From the NCBI GenBank assembly GCA_016192985.1, contig JACPTC010000024.1, positions 1 through 55,337 of the forward strand: a stretch of DNA of 55,337 bases, in the 5' to 3' direction. The translations under genes and the position numbers were made by a program. Within the stretch, counting starts at the first letter, position 1. Each line of letters opens with the position of its first letter. Of the stretch, positions 55,096 to 55,337 are shown piece by piece. This DNA comes from Candidatus Woesearchaeota archaeon (GTDB taxonomy: Archaea > Nanobdellota > Nanobdellia > Woesearchaeales > GW2011-AR4). Under the pieces are notes generated by a model, which did not search any database, was not told where the DNA came from, and saw only the letters and a list, made by a program, of their open reading frames with translations.

Positions 55096-55102
55096 TTTTT
55101 TT
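55096..55102 (+). terminator. oligo-T terminator after the Ser-like tRNA
   Basis: TTTTTTT directly after the discriminator base. Confidence 0.45.
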
Positions 55103-55110
55103 AATCAAAA

Positions 55111-55337
55111 ATGCCAACCGCCACTGAATTGGAGAGAGGAAATTACTTCATCTACAACAACGAGCCAGTCAGGGTTTTAAGAAAAGAAGTGATTGTTGTA
55201 GGAACGCACTCCCACAGCAAGCTGAAAATTTATTTTCAGGGCTTAAATGAGAAAGTGGAAAGAACTGTGAATTTGAAGCATGAAGACAAGGTTGAAATTG
55301 TTGATATTGTCAGAAAATTGGGGCAGATTATTGCCAA
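55111..55337 (+). CDS. eif5a: translation initiation factor 5A (aIF5A), partial (N-terminal 75 codons)
   Basis: Hand translation: MPTATELERGNYFIYNNEPVRVLRKEVIVVGTHSHSKLKIYFQGLNEKVERTVNLKHEDKVEIVDIVRKLGQIIA. It aligns with the aIF5A N-domain and runs off the window. Confidence 0.75.
   Translation, partial: MPTATELERGNYFIYNNEPVRVLRKEVIVVGTHSHSKLKIYFQGLNEKVERTVNLKHEDKVEIVDIVRKLGQIIA

Noticed and set aside
54628-55127. Three tracked ORFs (54628-54951 minus, 54719-54916 plus, 54918-55127 plus) that might suggest an intron-encoded protein such as a homing endonuclease.
   Set aside because: They overlap one another, cross tRNA exon boundaries and the oligo-T terminator, lack any nuclease motif, and lie in a region whose conservation pattern (compensatory indels, perfect helices) is RNA-like.

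Overview
AT-rich archaeal chromosomal window. A histone, aRF1, aIF5A, L37ae/eL43, RpoP, prefoldin beta and Cdc48 mark it as archaeal. A small-genome, DPANN-like lineage is my inference only. No rRNA genes and no CRISPR array are present.

Layout:
- 1-22.5 kb (mostly minus strand): housekeeping genes. ABC exporter, NreA-like protein, leuB-leuD-leuC plus a broken leuA, an SSB-like OB-fold protein, a flavoprotein disulfide reductase, malic enzyme, pyruvate kinase, MgtC, TrpRS, EamA, Rpe, the operon L37ae-RpoP-prefoldin beta-UPF0147-DUF54-like, aRF1, an HExxH protein and a histone.
- 22.5-38.7 kb: accessory region.
  - Two paralogous proteins with archaeal pilin-like (class III) signal peptides.
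  - A small two-gene cassette (DUF5678-like protein plus DTGF retropepsin-like protease) flanked by a 65-nt direct repeat of a coding 3' end.
  - An array of eight TAGTGCCTAA motifs in front of a 54-codon basic ORF.
  - A tightly coupled low-GC operon of secreted or membrane proteins ending in a 1531-aa giant protein.
  - An orphan four-gene cassette with a paralogous helical pair.
  - An AbiE-like wHTH/nucleotidyltransferase pair.
- 38.7-55.3 kb: housekeeping again. MetRS, Rieske protein, PfkB kinase, NurA-like protein, NAD kinase-wHTH fusion divergent from nadA-nadC-nadX, Cdc48, PIN-ATPase-KH, a transglutaminase-like surface protein and aIF5A.

Most unusual signals:
1. All three tRNA genes are multiply interrupted, about 8 putative introns in total. 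Two different tRNAs carry homologous large introns (122 and 294 nt) at the same T-loop position, with a bulge-helix-bulge-like geometry. The larger intron holds a nested 169-nt structured insert bounded by an 8-nt direct repeat.
2. aRF1 is split exactly after its catalytic GGQ motif by a 505-aa intein with LAGLIDADG and HTH domains.
3. The repeat-flanked protease cassette, the motif array and the orphan four-gene cassette lie in the accessory region.

All calls rest on hand reading of the sequence and the supplied ORF track. No database search was run. The ORF track renders TTG and GTG starts as M, so several starts were moved to the nearest ATG.
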